Shown here piece by piece: positions 26,599 to 36,223 of a stretch of 64,000 nt of DNA. This stretch comes from a virus. Taxonomy: Duplodnaviria > Heunggongvirae > Uroviricota > Caudoviricetes. Numbering within the stretch: position 1 is the stretch's first letter; each line of letters opens with the position of its first letter. The stretch lies in the IMG/VR virus record IMGVR_UViG_3300010369_000001; one strand, 5' to 3'. Made by a program: the position numbers and the translations under genes. The notes below the pieces were generated by a model, which saw only the letters and a program-made list of their open reading frames with translations, ran no database searches and had not been told where the DNA came from.

Positions 26599-27952
26599 TT
26601 AGTGTTTGAAATTGTTGATCTAAAGCTTTATCAATATCCTCAGTGTTATCCATAAGCTCTTCATCAGATGATCTCCTAGAAAGAATAATACTGCGCTGTA
26701 ACGCCTTTAATTCATCAAAATTTCCACCCGCCACAAACTCCTGCCCAATACGAATATTAAATGCAGCCCGGAGCTGAGCTAATATTTTCGCATTATCAGG
26801 ATGGTATAGTGCCGCGTGCAGCTCTTCAGCAGGAGCAGCTACAGTCAAGCCCAGTGGCTTACATATAGCTTTACCAGCATTTGCGCTCATCGGCCCAAGC
26901 ACGTCTTTAAAGGCCTTAATAATCCTCGTTGGTACTTTACATTTCTCTGGTGCTGTGAACAGATTAAAGGCTGCTCTAGTCCAATTAAACCAGATATGAC
27001 GACGAGATTCTACTCCATTAATAATCGTATCTTTCCATTGCATTGGAACACTGATACGAATACCTTCACCTGTACCTTTCTTAAGATGAATTCTTACATT
27101 TCTTCCGCCGCCATTCGCTAGATTAATGTCCGCGCCTTCTTTCTCCAGGTAAAAGGTTGCAAATGCGTGAAATGACCACTCGTTAGCCCCTTTAGGTTCA
27201 TTAGTTTTAATGCCTTGCCCTAAATCAACTATTCTTGAGTGTCGAACACCTACAAGAGTTATCGGAAGTTTCGATAGCTTACTTGTAATATGTGGAAGAT
27301 ATTTAGAAGCTAGTAAAGTATTTAGCGGGAAACTACGTTGAGCAGTACCTTCTTTATCGATCTTCTCACTATCTGAAGCAGCGGTAGCGCCATTAGTCGA
27401 GTCTAGTCCAATAAGAACTGGAACTGACTTAACACCAGTCTTTTCTGTCGCCTTGGCATACCCGTTAACCGTGTGCGTAATTAACTGCAAAGCCTCTTCA
27501 AAATTTTCCGGAGAATTAAATTGGATTTTAGGCCAATGATCATAACCGATTAAAGCTTGCCCTAAATTCTCAGTGGCCTTCTGCTCCGTATCAATAACCT
27601 GGGCTGCACCGCCCGCCCTGTCCATTACTCGACATAAATCCCACATTAGGCTGGACTTACAGCTAGCTTGTAGCCCATCTAAGCAAATTACCCTACCCAG
27701 CCCTAAAACTGACTCACTGAACATCACTTCTAACGCAAAGTGACCCAGTGGAACTCCTACTAGTGCGGAGCGTAATCCTCCATCAAAATCGCTGATACTT
27801 TTTTCACTTTGTTTAGCTACTTTAGCTACCGCCGCAGAAAATATATCGCCTATATCAAATGTTGCGCCTTTTGTTTTAGGTGCGTCTTCAATCCCTAAAG
27901 CTTCAAGATCGACCACTTTCTTGGGCCGTCCTCTGTTTGTCGCTTTTGCCAT
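26540..27952 (-). CDS. RecA/UvsX-like recombinase (divergent P-loop) with N-terminal AT-hook
   Basis: LGRVICLDGLQASCKSS...GGAAQVIDTEQKAT...PVLIGLDS... follows the RecA order GRIVEIYGPESSGKTT...FIDAEHAL...VIVVDS, with the second P-loop Gly replaced by Cys. The N-terminus has NRGRPKK. Confidence 0.5.
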   Translation of the reverse strand: MAKATNRGRPKKVVDLEALGIEDAPKTKGATFDIGDIFSAAVAKVAKQSEKSISDFDGGLRSALVGVPLGHFALEVMFSESVLGLGRVICLDGLQASCKSSLMWDLCRVMDRAGGAAQVIDTEQKATENLGQALIGYDHWPKIQFNSPENFEEALQLITHTVNGYAKATEKTGVKSVPVLIGLDSTNGATAASDSEKIDKEGTAQRSFPLNTLLASKYLPHITSKLSKLPITLVGVRHSRIVDLGQGIKTNEPKGANEWSFHAFATFYLEKEGADINLANGGGRNVRIHLKKGTGEGIRISVPMQWKDTIINGVESRRHIWFNWTRAAFNLFTAPEKCKVPTRIIKAFKDVLGPMSANAGKAICKPLGLTVAAPAEELHAALYHPDNAKILAQLRAAFNIRIGQEFVAGGNFDELKALQRSIILSRRSSDEELMDNTEDIDKALDQQFQTLNDDANESSAEIDGNDSDND

Positions 27953-27955
27953 AAA

Positions 27956-28654
27956 TTATAATGTGTTTGTTAATTTTCCAAATCTTTTTAAATTATCAAT
28001 GATTTCTTCTAATCGCTTTCCTCCATGTAGCTTAGCTGGTGCCGTTCTATAATTTATTCCTTGTAAGAATTCTATGGTTGCCTGCATATATTCTGGCCAC
28101 GGCGTACGCTTAAATAATTCATTCTTAATGCCAATAACATCACCCAGCATCAATGCATTGGTATGTCGCATCATATCTGCATCGCATAATATGTCGACAC
28201 ATATCATGAAATGCGGGAATGCTGACTTTGCTTTTGATTCGCTAACAGGCTCTAAAGGATATTTAGTGGCACGAATTAATTCGAGCACGGTATACTCAAA
28301 CACCATTGCCTTATCGCCCAGGGCACCAGTTGTTTCACAATTATCTTCAAGTAGAAATTTATAAGCACCGTCAATAGCTGCATCTACATTTCTATTGTCG
28401 TCAACATGAAAACCGCCAGAATGGTTAAAATCGTGAAATAATGCAGCTATTAGTAAGTACTTAGGGCATGGCCCCAATTTAGCTGAATAACCTTCAGTCC
28501 ATATAAGATAGGAAGTATACGCAACTTGGAAACAATGGGCTAGGCCGTGATATGGCAAAGCCTGAGCGGCATTATGCTCAAGCAAAAATTTAACACATGC
28601 TCCCAAGTTATATTCTTCTAGTACACTTAAAAGTTCTCCAAATCTACGTTTCAT
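27956..28654 (-). CDS. HD-domain phosphohydrolase (putative)
   Basis: H...HD pattern in GLAHCFQVAY...AALFHDFNHSGG. Confidence 0.5.
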   Translation of the reverse strand: MKRRFGELLSVLEEYNLGACVKFLLEHNAAQALPYHGLAHCFQVAYTSYLIWTEGYSAKLGPCPKYLLIAALFHDFNHSGGFHVDDNRNVDAAIDGAYKFLLEDNCETTGALGDKAMVFEYTVLELIRATKYPLEPVSESKAKSAFPHFMICVDILCDADMMRHTNALMLGDVIGIKNELFKRTPWPEYMQATIEFLQGINYRTAPAKLHGGKRLEEIIDNLKRFGKLTNTL

Positions 28655-29327
28655 TTGTTGCCGAGCTCATTATAGTTTCATTAAATAGCACGTTCCCTGC
28701 CGCCCAAAGAGCTTCCCTTGCTTTCTCGTTTAACATTGTTCTAAAAGAGCTAGCCTCTAGCTGTCCAAAAATAGTTCGATTCCAGTCCAACATGATCATA
28801 GGCGCAGGTTGTAGTGTAATTACAAAGCCAGTATATCTTCGCGCATTGTCCATTGCGTATTTAATATTGTGCATCCAATATACATCGCTTCTTAAATAAT
28901 CCAGCACTGTCCATTGCTTGACGTATTCAAGTTCAATTAATTTAGCTAGAATATCGCAAGTATCGCCATTGATCGTATTGATAAGGATTTTATGCAGTTC
29001 AGACTCTGACACCTCATCAGCTCTTACTTGTCGCTCAAATTCATCATCTTCCCAGCAATCGATAATTTTTAAGATGAAGTTTTTATTGGCTTTAACTTCC
29101 GGACAATTGGATTGCTCATTATCCCAAATATTTATGATGGCATCTAATACGCTTAATTGATCACCTATTAGGTATTTGGTTTGATATTTATTTCCCGCTG
29201 CGATCTCTTCAAATTTATGTGCCCAACTAATAACTGCGTCTTGCATTTCATTGTTTGCAGTTGTTGGGCACATTTTATTTGTGCCTTCAGCAGAAACGAC
29301 ATTTATTTCTACTGTTTTCTCTGCCAC
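28644..29327 (-). CDS. hypothetical protein
   Basis: 227-aa ORF. Confidence 0.5.
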   Translation of the reverse strand: MAEKTVEINVVSAEGTNKMCPTTANNEMQDAVISWAHKFEEIAAGNKYQTKYLIGDQLSVLDAIINIWDNEQSNCPEVKANKNFILKIIDCWEDDEFERQVRADEVSESELHKILINTINGDTCDILAKLIELEYVKQWTVLDYLRSDVYWMHNIKYAMDNARRYTGFVITLQPAPMIMLDWNRTIFGQLEASSFRTMLNEKAREALWAAGNVLFNETIMSSATNET

Positions 29328-29887
29328 TCTACGCGCTTCCTTTCGAGCGTGTTTAAGGCGGCTAAATGTTGGTCAAAGGTTAGCTCTTCCCAGGCCGCTC
29401 TACTCATAGTATCTAATTTATTAATATTCTCAGTAGAGCAGCAACGAGCTACGGCTTCACAATAATATTGATAGGTAATTTTATAATCATTTTGCCAATA
29501 CTTACAAGCATTAGTTGCGTTATAAACATTCGCATAACCACTATTTTGCGGATGCGTACATTTAATACCTTGTTTAAACTTACAAAACATGCACACGCTC
29601 TCTTTGTCTACAACTCGAACATTGTTTTCACAGCACCAATCATAGCATGCCCCCGCTGACGGATCAGTAAACCACGCACCGCGATATAAATGCGTATGCG
29701 TTACTGGGATAATTCGAAAGAGCTGTCCATTAGAAGATTTTTCTATGAAAGCGATTACAGGATAATCTCCGTATGATCGAAGCTCATTTTGTAATTCTGC
29801 AAGTGTTTCAAACTTTGGTTTAGTCATTTCTATTGTTTGCCCAATACCTACACTCATCCTCGTCATCTTCCATATCGTCGCACTCAA
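29309..29887 (-). CDS. hypothetical Cys-rich protein
   Basis: Multiple Cys pairs (CYDWCC, CMFCKF, CC). Confidence 0.45.
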   Translation of the reverse strand: MSATIWKMTRMSVGIGQTIEMTKPKFETLAELQNELRSYGDYPVIAFIEKSSNGQLFRIIPVTHTHLYRGAWFTDPSAGACYDWCCENNVRVVDKESVCMFCKFKQGIKCTHPQNSGYANVYNATNACKYWQNDYKITYQYYCEAVARCCSTENINKLDTMSRAAWEELTFDQHLAALNTLERKRVEWQRKQ

Positions 29888-30383
29888 GACACCCTATGCC
29901 TCCGCATTCTGGGCAATCCGTATAGTCGTCGTCATAATCAAAATAATCTTCATCATCCACATCAAACTCAGGATCAAAATATTCTTCATCGTCTCCTTCA
30001 AGAAAAATCTCACGACTATCCGCAGCCAACATCTCTGAAGTTTCTTCAAGCTCATCTTCATTAACCCACGTACGATTAACTGTAAGAATGTAGCGCAAAT
30101 AGAAAAGATCTTTTGGGTCGTTAAAGACAACTTTAGGCATAACGTCTATAAAGCCCTCTTCAAAACTTACTTCAGTTCTATAACGAACCCATATTTCTCT
30201 ACAATCGAGAGGCAGTAGGTATACAGCTACGCTATTAGGTAGTTGGCCCGCCTCAGCTAATTCTCCTAAAGCCTTCTTAACGCTGCGCTGAGGTAAGATA
30301 TTATAAGTTCCGTTGTCAAAAAATTCCTCTGCGGCATCAAATTGAATAAGTAGATAAGAGTTTTCAGTCCAGTCTGATTCCAT
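29820..30383 (-). CDS. hypothetical protein with acidic Cys-rich C-terminus
   Basis: DDEDYFDYDDDYTDCPECGGIGCLECDDMEDDEDEC. Confidence 0.45.
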   Translation of the reverse strand: MESDWTENSYLLIQFDAAEEFFDNGTYNILPQRSVKKALGELAEAGQLPNSVAVYLLPLDCREIWVRYRTEVSFEEGFIDVMPKVVFNDPKDLFYLRYILTVNRTWVNEDELEETSEMLAADSREIFLEGDDEEYFDPEFDVDDEDYFDYDDDYTDCPECGGIGCLECDDMEDDEDECRYWANNRND

Positions 30384-30384
30384 A

Positions 30385-30729
30385 TTAATCTGTGTATCCG
30401 TCGTTTAAGCACATGTGTTCATTATTCCAGAATAAAGGTGTTTTGAATCTGAGTTGCGTATCCCATTCGAGATCACTTTCAGTTTCACCCCTAGATATAA
30501 ATTTTCCATTAGTTACGAAAGTATCCGCCATATCAACAGCTGCAGCAACATCTTGCCCAGCATACTGTTTAGCTGCCCACTCAACAAATTCCTCTATTAA
30601 ACAGGCAGCCGCATGATTGTAATATTCGGTCTCATCAGGATTAAACTTCTCAGAAAGATGTGACCATAGCTCTCTTGCCCAACATTTGAGGTTAATTTTT
30701 ACAAATGTCGGTCGTTCTTCTTTTTGCAT
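30385..30729 (-). CDS. hypothetical protein
   Basis: 114-aa ORF. Confidence 0.45.
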   Translation of the reverse strand: MQKEERPTFVKINLKCWARELWSHLSEKFNPDETEYYNHAAACLIEEFVEWAAKQYAGQDVAAAVDMADTFVTNGKFISRGETESDLEWDTQLRFKTPLFWNNEHMCLNDGYTD

Positions 30730-30938
30730 TAAGTCGTAACAGCTAGTCGATCAGAGGCATGACAATCCTCTAGCTTAGCCCTATTAGCCGCCGATAATGT
30801 ACGTATATCAACTGAATAGTGCTTAATGAGCATGTCTGCCGTATTAAAGATACCTCCCATAGGTTTATCAGGCACTGTTAAACAGTTCCTGACCTCAAAT
30901 TCCGTCATAGGAGAAATGTCGCTGAATATATTGCTCAT
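30729..30938 (-). CDS. hypothetical protein
   Basis: 69-aa ORF. Confidence 0.35.
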   Translation of the reverse strand: MSNIFSDISPMTEFEVRNCLTVPDKPMGGIFNTADMLIKHYSVDIRTLSAANRAKLEDCHASDRLAVTT

Positions 30939-30945
30939 ACTATAA

Positions 30946-31350
30946 TTATAGCTGACTATTTATGATTTGGTTCATGCAAGCCTGTTTAATGGCCTGCGCG
31001 CAACGCCAATCCACCCAGTAACGCGCTAACTGTACGTCTTCAAACAACTTATGCTCCTGCCCTAATTGGCAAACTGCAAGATATTTTGGCGGAGACTCTG
31101 AAGAAAATTCGTCACAGTACAGCTTTAAATCCAGCGGATCTAACTGTTTAATATAGCCCATTTCTCTGTTCCAGATCGGGCAGGTTAAGCTGAAGTAGTC
31201 GCTCTTATATCCCCACTCATCCAGTAGCTCATATCTCCATTTAACTGTGAACTTAAATTCATGTACTATAGGAGTTTGCGCTATTTCCATTAATTTGTCT
31301 TCCATGTTACGGTAGTGGTTGAAGCATTCCTTTAACGCACAGTGCGTCAA
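30946..31350 (-). CDS. hypothetical protein
   Basis: 134-aa ORF. Confidence 0.45.
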   Translation of the reverse strand: MTHCALKECFNHYRNMEDKLMEIAQTPIVHEFKFTVKWRYELLDEWGYKSDYFSLTCPIWNREMGYIKQLDPLDLKLYCDEFSSESPPKYLAVCQLGQEHKLFEDVQLARYWVDWRCAQAIKQACMNQIINSQL

Positions 31351-31810
31351 TTTCGTTAATAAATCGAATCAATTCTTTACCTGCACAGTGTGGGCATAAC
31401 GAAATATAGTTTTTAGCTTTATTTACACAGCAAGGCTGTTTTGCCTGAACAAAATCCCACGGACGGCTGTCATCTTCCCACCTGTCCTTTTGCCTAGACT
31501 TGTGCTTGAAAAAGACGCGAATTTCTTCGTCTTCTCCATCAGTCCATACAACTAAGCGATAACGAGTATCTCTAATGCCTGGTACTGCCATCGGGATAGT
31601 TAATTCAATATATAGCGTCAGCTGATGCGCATACGGGCTGTGCGTAATGTCAAAACACCAGCTAGCCTCAGTATCAAGTTTGTGTAATATTTCTGTGTAC
31701 CGCGCTAAGGCAGCCTTCTGAATTTGCTCTAATTTTTGCATTTCTTTATCTCCCCATATGCGCCGCACATGTCCTCGAAAAATACCGGTAACTTTTGCCT
31801 GAAGCAACAA
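31307..31810 (-). CDS. hypothetical protein
   Basis: 167-aa ORF; the start may be an internal Met. Confidence 0.45.
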   Translation of the reverse strand: MLLQAKVTGIFRGHVRRIWGDKEMQKLEQIQKAALARYTEILHKLDTEASWCFDITHSPYAHQLTLYIELTIPMAVPGIRDTRYRLVVWTDGEDEEIRVFFKHKSRQKDRWEDDSRPWDFVQAKQPCCVNKAKNYISLCPHCAGKELIRFINEIDALCVKGMLQPLP

Positions 31811-32469
31811 AGTAACGGATCCATTAATAAAACAATATCAGGGTGCGCCGGCCCCGTATCTCCTATACTAGAGCGTAAAGACAAAATATGTCGCCATTCC
31901 CTTAAGTTTGCAGTGCATATAATATCTGTTTTTAAGCCTAGCGGTAAATTATCTCGAGCATCTTGAGGGGATAAACCATTGTCTTCTATCTGCGCCTTAT
32001 ACATCTGGAATGCATGAATGATGCCTTGCAGCCAAGTAAAAACTGCACGCATCTGATGAATACTGTCTAGCTGACAATCATAAGTCTCGTTCCCCTGCCG
32101 GTTAAACTGTTCTTGCAGCCTTTTTATATTATTCATGTCTGCCCAATGCGGCCTAATAACTTCCATTTCAGCGGCTTTAGCGTAATTAACATATCTAGTG
32201 CTTTCTACATGAAAAGTGCAAAGCCTGTGACGAGTTAGCTCCGCTAACACACTTCTAGACGTAATAAACCTGACGGTAACTGATACGTGCTCAAGAAGAC
32301 TCGCGTGCTTACGTTTGATACATTTACGGATAAACTGTTCAGTTTGATGGCGCCCAGCGGCTTTATCTTCACTTTTATAGCAATTCCTGCCAGCCAGTTC
32401 TACGATTTTTAATGCATCATCGTATGATGGTATATTTAATATTTTAAAGTGAGGTTCGACAATTTTCAT
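31729..32469 (-). CDS. thyX: flavin-dependent thymidylate synthase ThyX
   Basis: ThyX signature RHRLCTFHVESTRY (RHR..S.S.RY), preceded by HASLLEHVSVTVRFITSRSV. Confidence 0.85.
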   Translation of the reverse strand: MKIVEPHFKILNIPSYDDALKIVELAGRNCYKSEDKAAGRHQTEQFIRKCIKRKHASLLEHVSVTVRFITSRSVLAELTRHRLCTFHVESTRYVNYAKAAEMEVIRPHWADMNNIKRLQEQFNRQGNETYDCQLDSIHQMRAVFTWLQGIIHAFQMYKAQIEDNGLSPQDARDNLPLGLKTDIICTANLREWRHILSLRSSIGDTGPAHPDIVLLMDPLLCCFRQKLPVFFEDMCGAYGEIKKCKN

Positions 32470-32628
32470 AGTACAAACAGTCTAAGTAACGTTGTCATTA
32501 GCAATCCTATTAGAAAAGCGACAGCTAGAGTAATGTATTGAATAAGCGCCATTAATATCCCCTTTTAAAGTAAGCGTAATATGTGTCCATAAAATGATCG
32601 TGTTTTCCTTTCGAAAACGGAGGAGCTG

Positions 32629-32682
32629 GGTAGCTACGGCTGTTTAACCATGGCAGCTTCTATGCCAGTGCCCAGCTCCTCC
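32629..32682 (-). terminator. putative rho-independent terminator downstream of purC (12-bp GC-rich stem, 30-nt structured loop)
   Basis: GGAGGAGCTGGG (32629-32640) pairs with CCCAGCTCCTCC (32671-32682). On the minus strand it is followed by GUUUUC, 10 nt after the purC stop. Confidence 0.4.
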
Positions 32683-32692
32683 TAATCGTTTG

Positions 32693-33382
32693 TTAACCGC
32701 AAATAATTTTTGCTAGCTCAATCGGATCTACCGAATTACCTTCTTTATCTATTACCCGAATCACATTGCCCGATATTTCATCGGCCAGCATCAGCTTACC
32801 TTGATCGTCTGTGCCAAACTCTAGCTTAAAGTCAATCAACTCCAAACCTTTCTCTCGAATAATACTAGCTAGCAAATTGCCAACTTGACGAGTATAACCG
32901 TCGCAAAGATCATATTGTTCTTCTGTTAGCTTACCTAGTGCAATAGCTGCCTCAGCGTTAATTCGCGGATCACCTAGTGCATCGTCCTTAAGCGTAGCTT
33001 CAATCAAGCCATGTAACTCAAGTCCTTTCTCCACACCATACATCTTACAGAATGATCCCCAAGCTTTATCTCGCCAGATAAACTCGACCGGAATAATTTT
33101 TACGTGCTTTACGGTCAAGATGCGAGCTTCATCAACACCATTTACACGCATACCACCAGCACAAATAAAGTGTGTTGGTATTCCTTCTTTCTCAATCAGA
33201 GGAAAGAAGTAAGCACTTAGCTTCGCTGCTGCAATCCCGGACTCGTGCATTTGCAAGCCAGTTTGATTGGCTCCAGGGTCAAATTTACCAGTTGTAGCAT
33301 CAGTGCATACATCATCTTTAAAGCATAAATGACATCTTTCCGTATTATCTGCCGGAATGGCAATTTCTTTTGTTTTTCCCAT
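32693..33382 (-). CDS. purC: phosphoribosylaminoimidazole-succinocarboxamide (SAICAR) synthase PurC-like
   Basis: GIPTHF..., ELIDFKLEFG and LADEISGNVIRVIDKE are colinear with E. coli PurC GIPTQM..., LVDFKLEFG and LGDEFSPDGSRLWDKE. Confidence 0.75.
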   Translation of the reverse strand: MGKTKEIAIPADNTERCHLCFKDDVCTDATTGKFDPGANQTGLQMHESGIAAAKLSAYFFPLIEKEGIPTHFICAGGMRVNGVDEARILTVKHVKIIPVEFIWRDKAWGSFCKMYGVEKGLELHGLIEATLKDDALGDPRINAEAAIALGKLTEEQYDLCDGYTRQVGNLLASIIREKGLELIDFKLEFGTDDQGKLMLADEISGNVIRVIDKEGNSVDPIELAKIICG

Positions 33383-33417
33383 CTTTTCTTTTTGTTAAAT
33401 TTTGTTAAAATTATAAT

Positions 33418-34155
33418 ATGATTGGTTTTATTTATAAACATACTTCTCCCTCAGGTAAAAGTTATATCGGCCAAACTACTTTAGTACCTAAAATACGCTG
33501 GAAGAAAGGCAGTAACTATAAAGGCTGCACTGCTTTTTATAGCGCAATTAAAAAGTATGGTTGGGAAAATTTTATAAGTGAAATTTTAGAAGAAATCGAA
33601 TTTGATGATATTGCTGTTTTAAATAAACTTGAAGAAAAATATGTAATTCAATTTAATACATTAGCTCCGTATGGTTATAATTTAAAAGCTGTTGGCGAAA
33701 ACACCTTAACAGCTGAAATAACTAAAGTACGAAAAACTAAACATTATGTTTTACATAAAGAAAAACAAGTTTCAGTTGCATCATTAGCTAAAGAGTACGG
33801 AATAAACCCACAAACATTATTTAATCGTGTGTTTAAATTTAATTGGGCATTAGAGAGGGCCTTAACTGAGCCAGCTACCGGACGTAAAGGTAAAAAGCAC
33901 ACAGATGAAAGTAAGAAGAAACAAAGTGACGCAAAGAAAGGAAAGAAAATGTCTAAAGAGTTTAAAGAAAAACAACGTACTATACACATCAAACACATTA
34001 TTGAATATAAGGGAAAACGACAACCAATAGTTGATTTTGCAAAACAATACGGAATTACACCGTCTACCCTTAGAGATCGTATTTTAAAATTTAATTGGCC
34101 AGTTGCAAAAGCAATAGAAACACCAATACGAAAGAAAATAAACTCTAAACTTTGA
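33418..34155 (+). CDS. GIY-YIG homing endonuclease with tandem C-terminal DNA-binding repeats
   Basis: The N-terminus IGFIYKHTSPSGKSYIGQT carries the GIY...YIG motif. Two C-terminal repeats follow: AKEYGINPQTLFNRVFKFNWALERAL and AKQYGITPSTLRDRILKFNWPVAKAI. It lies on the plus strand between purC and sbcC and overlaps the sbcC stop. Confidence 0.8.
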   Translation: MIGFIYKHTSPSGKSYIGQTTLVPKIRWKKGSNYKGCTAFYSAIKKYGWENFISEILEEIEFDDIAVLNKLEEKYVIQFNTLAPYGYNLKAVGENTLTAEITKVRKTKHYVLHKEKQVSVASLAKEYGINPQTLFNRVFKFNWALERALTEPATGRKGKKHTDESKKKQSDAKKGKKMSKEFKEKQRTIHIKHIIEYKGKRQPIVDFAKQYGITPSTLRDRILKFNWPVAKAIETPIRKKINSKL

Positions 34156-36223
34156 TAGTATAGAACAGATCTATAATACTTTCATCATGCGTAACTATTA
34201 ATGCTTGCTGCCCTGCTTTTCGAAACACCGCATCTACTTTAGTTAATACTTCATTAAAAATCTTACGATTATCTACAGATAGCCCATCGCCAGGCTCATC
34301 TAGACATAATAACCCAAACTTACTTGCGTTAGTCTGAAACGTACTTAACCAAAATGAAGTTGCAAGCATACACTGTTGACCACCAGATAGTGCCCTGGCA
34401 TCAACAGCAGCTCCACTTTTCATGGCGGCTCTAAATTCAAGATTTTCACCTAAACTAACTTTAAAAGGAGCATCAAACTCTAACAAATACGCATTTATAC
34501 TCAGTAGAAGTTGTTGTAGCAATTTTCGACTGATATTGTGTGGAATATTATTTCTATGAACTAAAGACCTAACCTCATTCAACAAATCCACATATTTAAT
34601 CAGCTTCTTCTGATTCTTTTTCTGTTTGACCTGCTTTAACAGTTCATTAAGAGATGCCCAATGCTCTCGTTTAGCTTTTAAATCAGCTTCGAGACCGGCC
34701 ATATTTATTTTAAGAGTTTGGAGCGTATCCAGTGCCAAACGTGCATTTCTGGCATTTTCTTCAATTATTGGTGCCTGTGCAACGATCTTCCGACTATTTT
34801 CTAATAATTTTTGTATTTCTGCTTCGCGGGCCTCTAAATCTACTAGCCCTCTACTTGCTGCGTCTAATGTTCGTCTTGCTTGTTCTACGTGCGGAAGTAA
34901 ATCTATTTGTTGCTGATACCTTGCACTCAGGTCTTCATAATATTGCGTATTGCTGCCAATATTTGTAACTTGCGTAGCTGCTAGTTTTTGTTTTAATTCA
35001 TAAATTCTAGCTGTCTTATTATCATTCAAGCTAATGTTACTAATATTAGTATTTAGCTGCTGTTCCAGTTTGAGCCGGTCATTAGCTAATTTATTGAGAG
35101 TATTAGCCAATACTATAGGATTACCTTTAAACTGATGCTCTGCTGCCGCGCCACAGACTTCACAATCTTCTCCAGCTTTCTCCGCAATTTTCTCTGCAAT
35201 TTTTAACTGAAGCTTGTGCTTAGCCTGCCTTTCAGCTATTGCTTGAATTTGCTCTGTTAACTGCTTATTAATTGCCTGTATCTCGTCTCTATTCCAATCT
35301 TTCAGCTGAAACTCTAGATTATCTAGGTCTTGTTTCATACCTACAATCAAAGAATAATTCATAAGATACTGTTTATAGGCATCTACCTCAGCTATCTCGT
35401 TTTGGTTTAGCTGAATTTCAGCATATTTCTCAGTAATTGCTTTATGTTCAACTTCAGCATAATTTTGCGCCTGTTTAGCCCCGGGAATGGAATTAACCAA
35501 CTTATGTATTTCCGCAGTGTAACTATCAACTAATGTTTGCTCAGTTTTAAGTTGTTGTGCGTAATCTAACGCCGATTGAAGTGCTTGCTCATTATACAGC
35601 GCAATTTCTGCCGTAACTCCAATAACTTTACACTCAGCCTCTTTTAGCTGAGTTGTCATCTCCTCAAGTTGAGCGGTTATTGATTGCTCATCAAAAGTTG
35701 GCCCGCTAGACATCACTGCTTCGTGAATTTTAATCGTGTCCGCTAACTTCTTCCAAAGTACCTCAAAATACTCAACATTTGATAAATGAGCTATTGTTTT
35801 AGCCCTATCAGCATCAGACAAGCTGAGAATATTGGTAAATTCCCCTTGTCGGATAAATACAAACTTATCTAACACATGTTTGACAATATTAAATCTGGAC
35901 GCTAGTATATTTTCTATATCTTTAGCCGCTCTAACAGTTTCATCATCAATAACTAATGTGTGTTTATTTTTCTCTCCGATTTCCCTAGTTACCTTAAAGT
36001 CATCGAACTCCACAACAATTTGCGCTTTATCGGATCCTTGCCGGATTACACCTTTCATTCCTTCTGGATGTTCGTATGCGTTAGTAAGGCCCCCGTATAG
36101 AGCTGAAACCAAGCTCGATTTACCGGATCCGTTACTTCCTACAATACAATTAACCCCAGCTTGGAACTCAGCTGTGAAATCTTTATGACAACAATAATTT
36201 TTAAGTTTTATACTTTTTAACAT
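34145..36223 (-). CDS. sbcC: SbcC/Rad50-like recombination ATPase (T4 gp46-like)
   Basis: Walker A GSNGSGKSS near the N-terminus, a long coiled-coil middle, and C-terminal LSGGQQ signature followed by LCLDEP (Walker B). Confidence 0.8.
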   Translation of the reverse strand: MLKSIKLKNYCCHKDFTAEFQAGVNCIVGSNGSGKSSLVSALYGGLTNAYEHPEGMKGVIRQGSDKAQIVVEFDDFKVTREIGEKNKHTLVIDDETVRAAKDIENILASRFNIVKHVLDKFVFIRQGEFTNILSLSDADRAKTIAHLSNVEYFEVLWKKLADTIKIHEAVMSSGPTFDEQSITAQLEEMTTQLKEAECKVIGVTAEIALYNEQALQSALDYAQQLKTEQTLVDSYTAEIHKLVNSIPGAKQAQNYAEVEHKAITEKYAEIQLNQNEIAEVDAYKQYLMNYSLIVGMKQDLDNLEFQLKDWNRDEIQAINKQLTEQIQAIAERQAKHKLQLKIAEKIAEKAGEDCEVCGAAAEHQFKGNPIVLANTLNKLANDRLKLEQQLNTNISNISLNDNKTARIYELKQKLAATQVTNIGSNTQYYEDLSARYQQQIDLLPHVEQARRTLDAASRGLVDLEAREAEIQKLLENSRKIVAQAPIIEENARNARLALDTLQTLKINMAGLEADLKAKREHWASLNELLKQVKQKKNQKKLIKYVDLLNEVRSLVHRNNIPHNISRKLLQQLLLSINAYLLEFDAPFKVSLGENLEFRAAMKSGAAVDARALSGGQQCMLATSFWLSTFQTNASKFGLLCLDEPGDGLSVDNRKIFNEVLTKVDAVFRKAGQQALIVTHDESIIDLFYTIKV

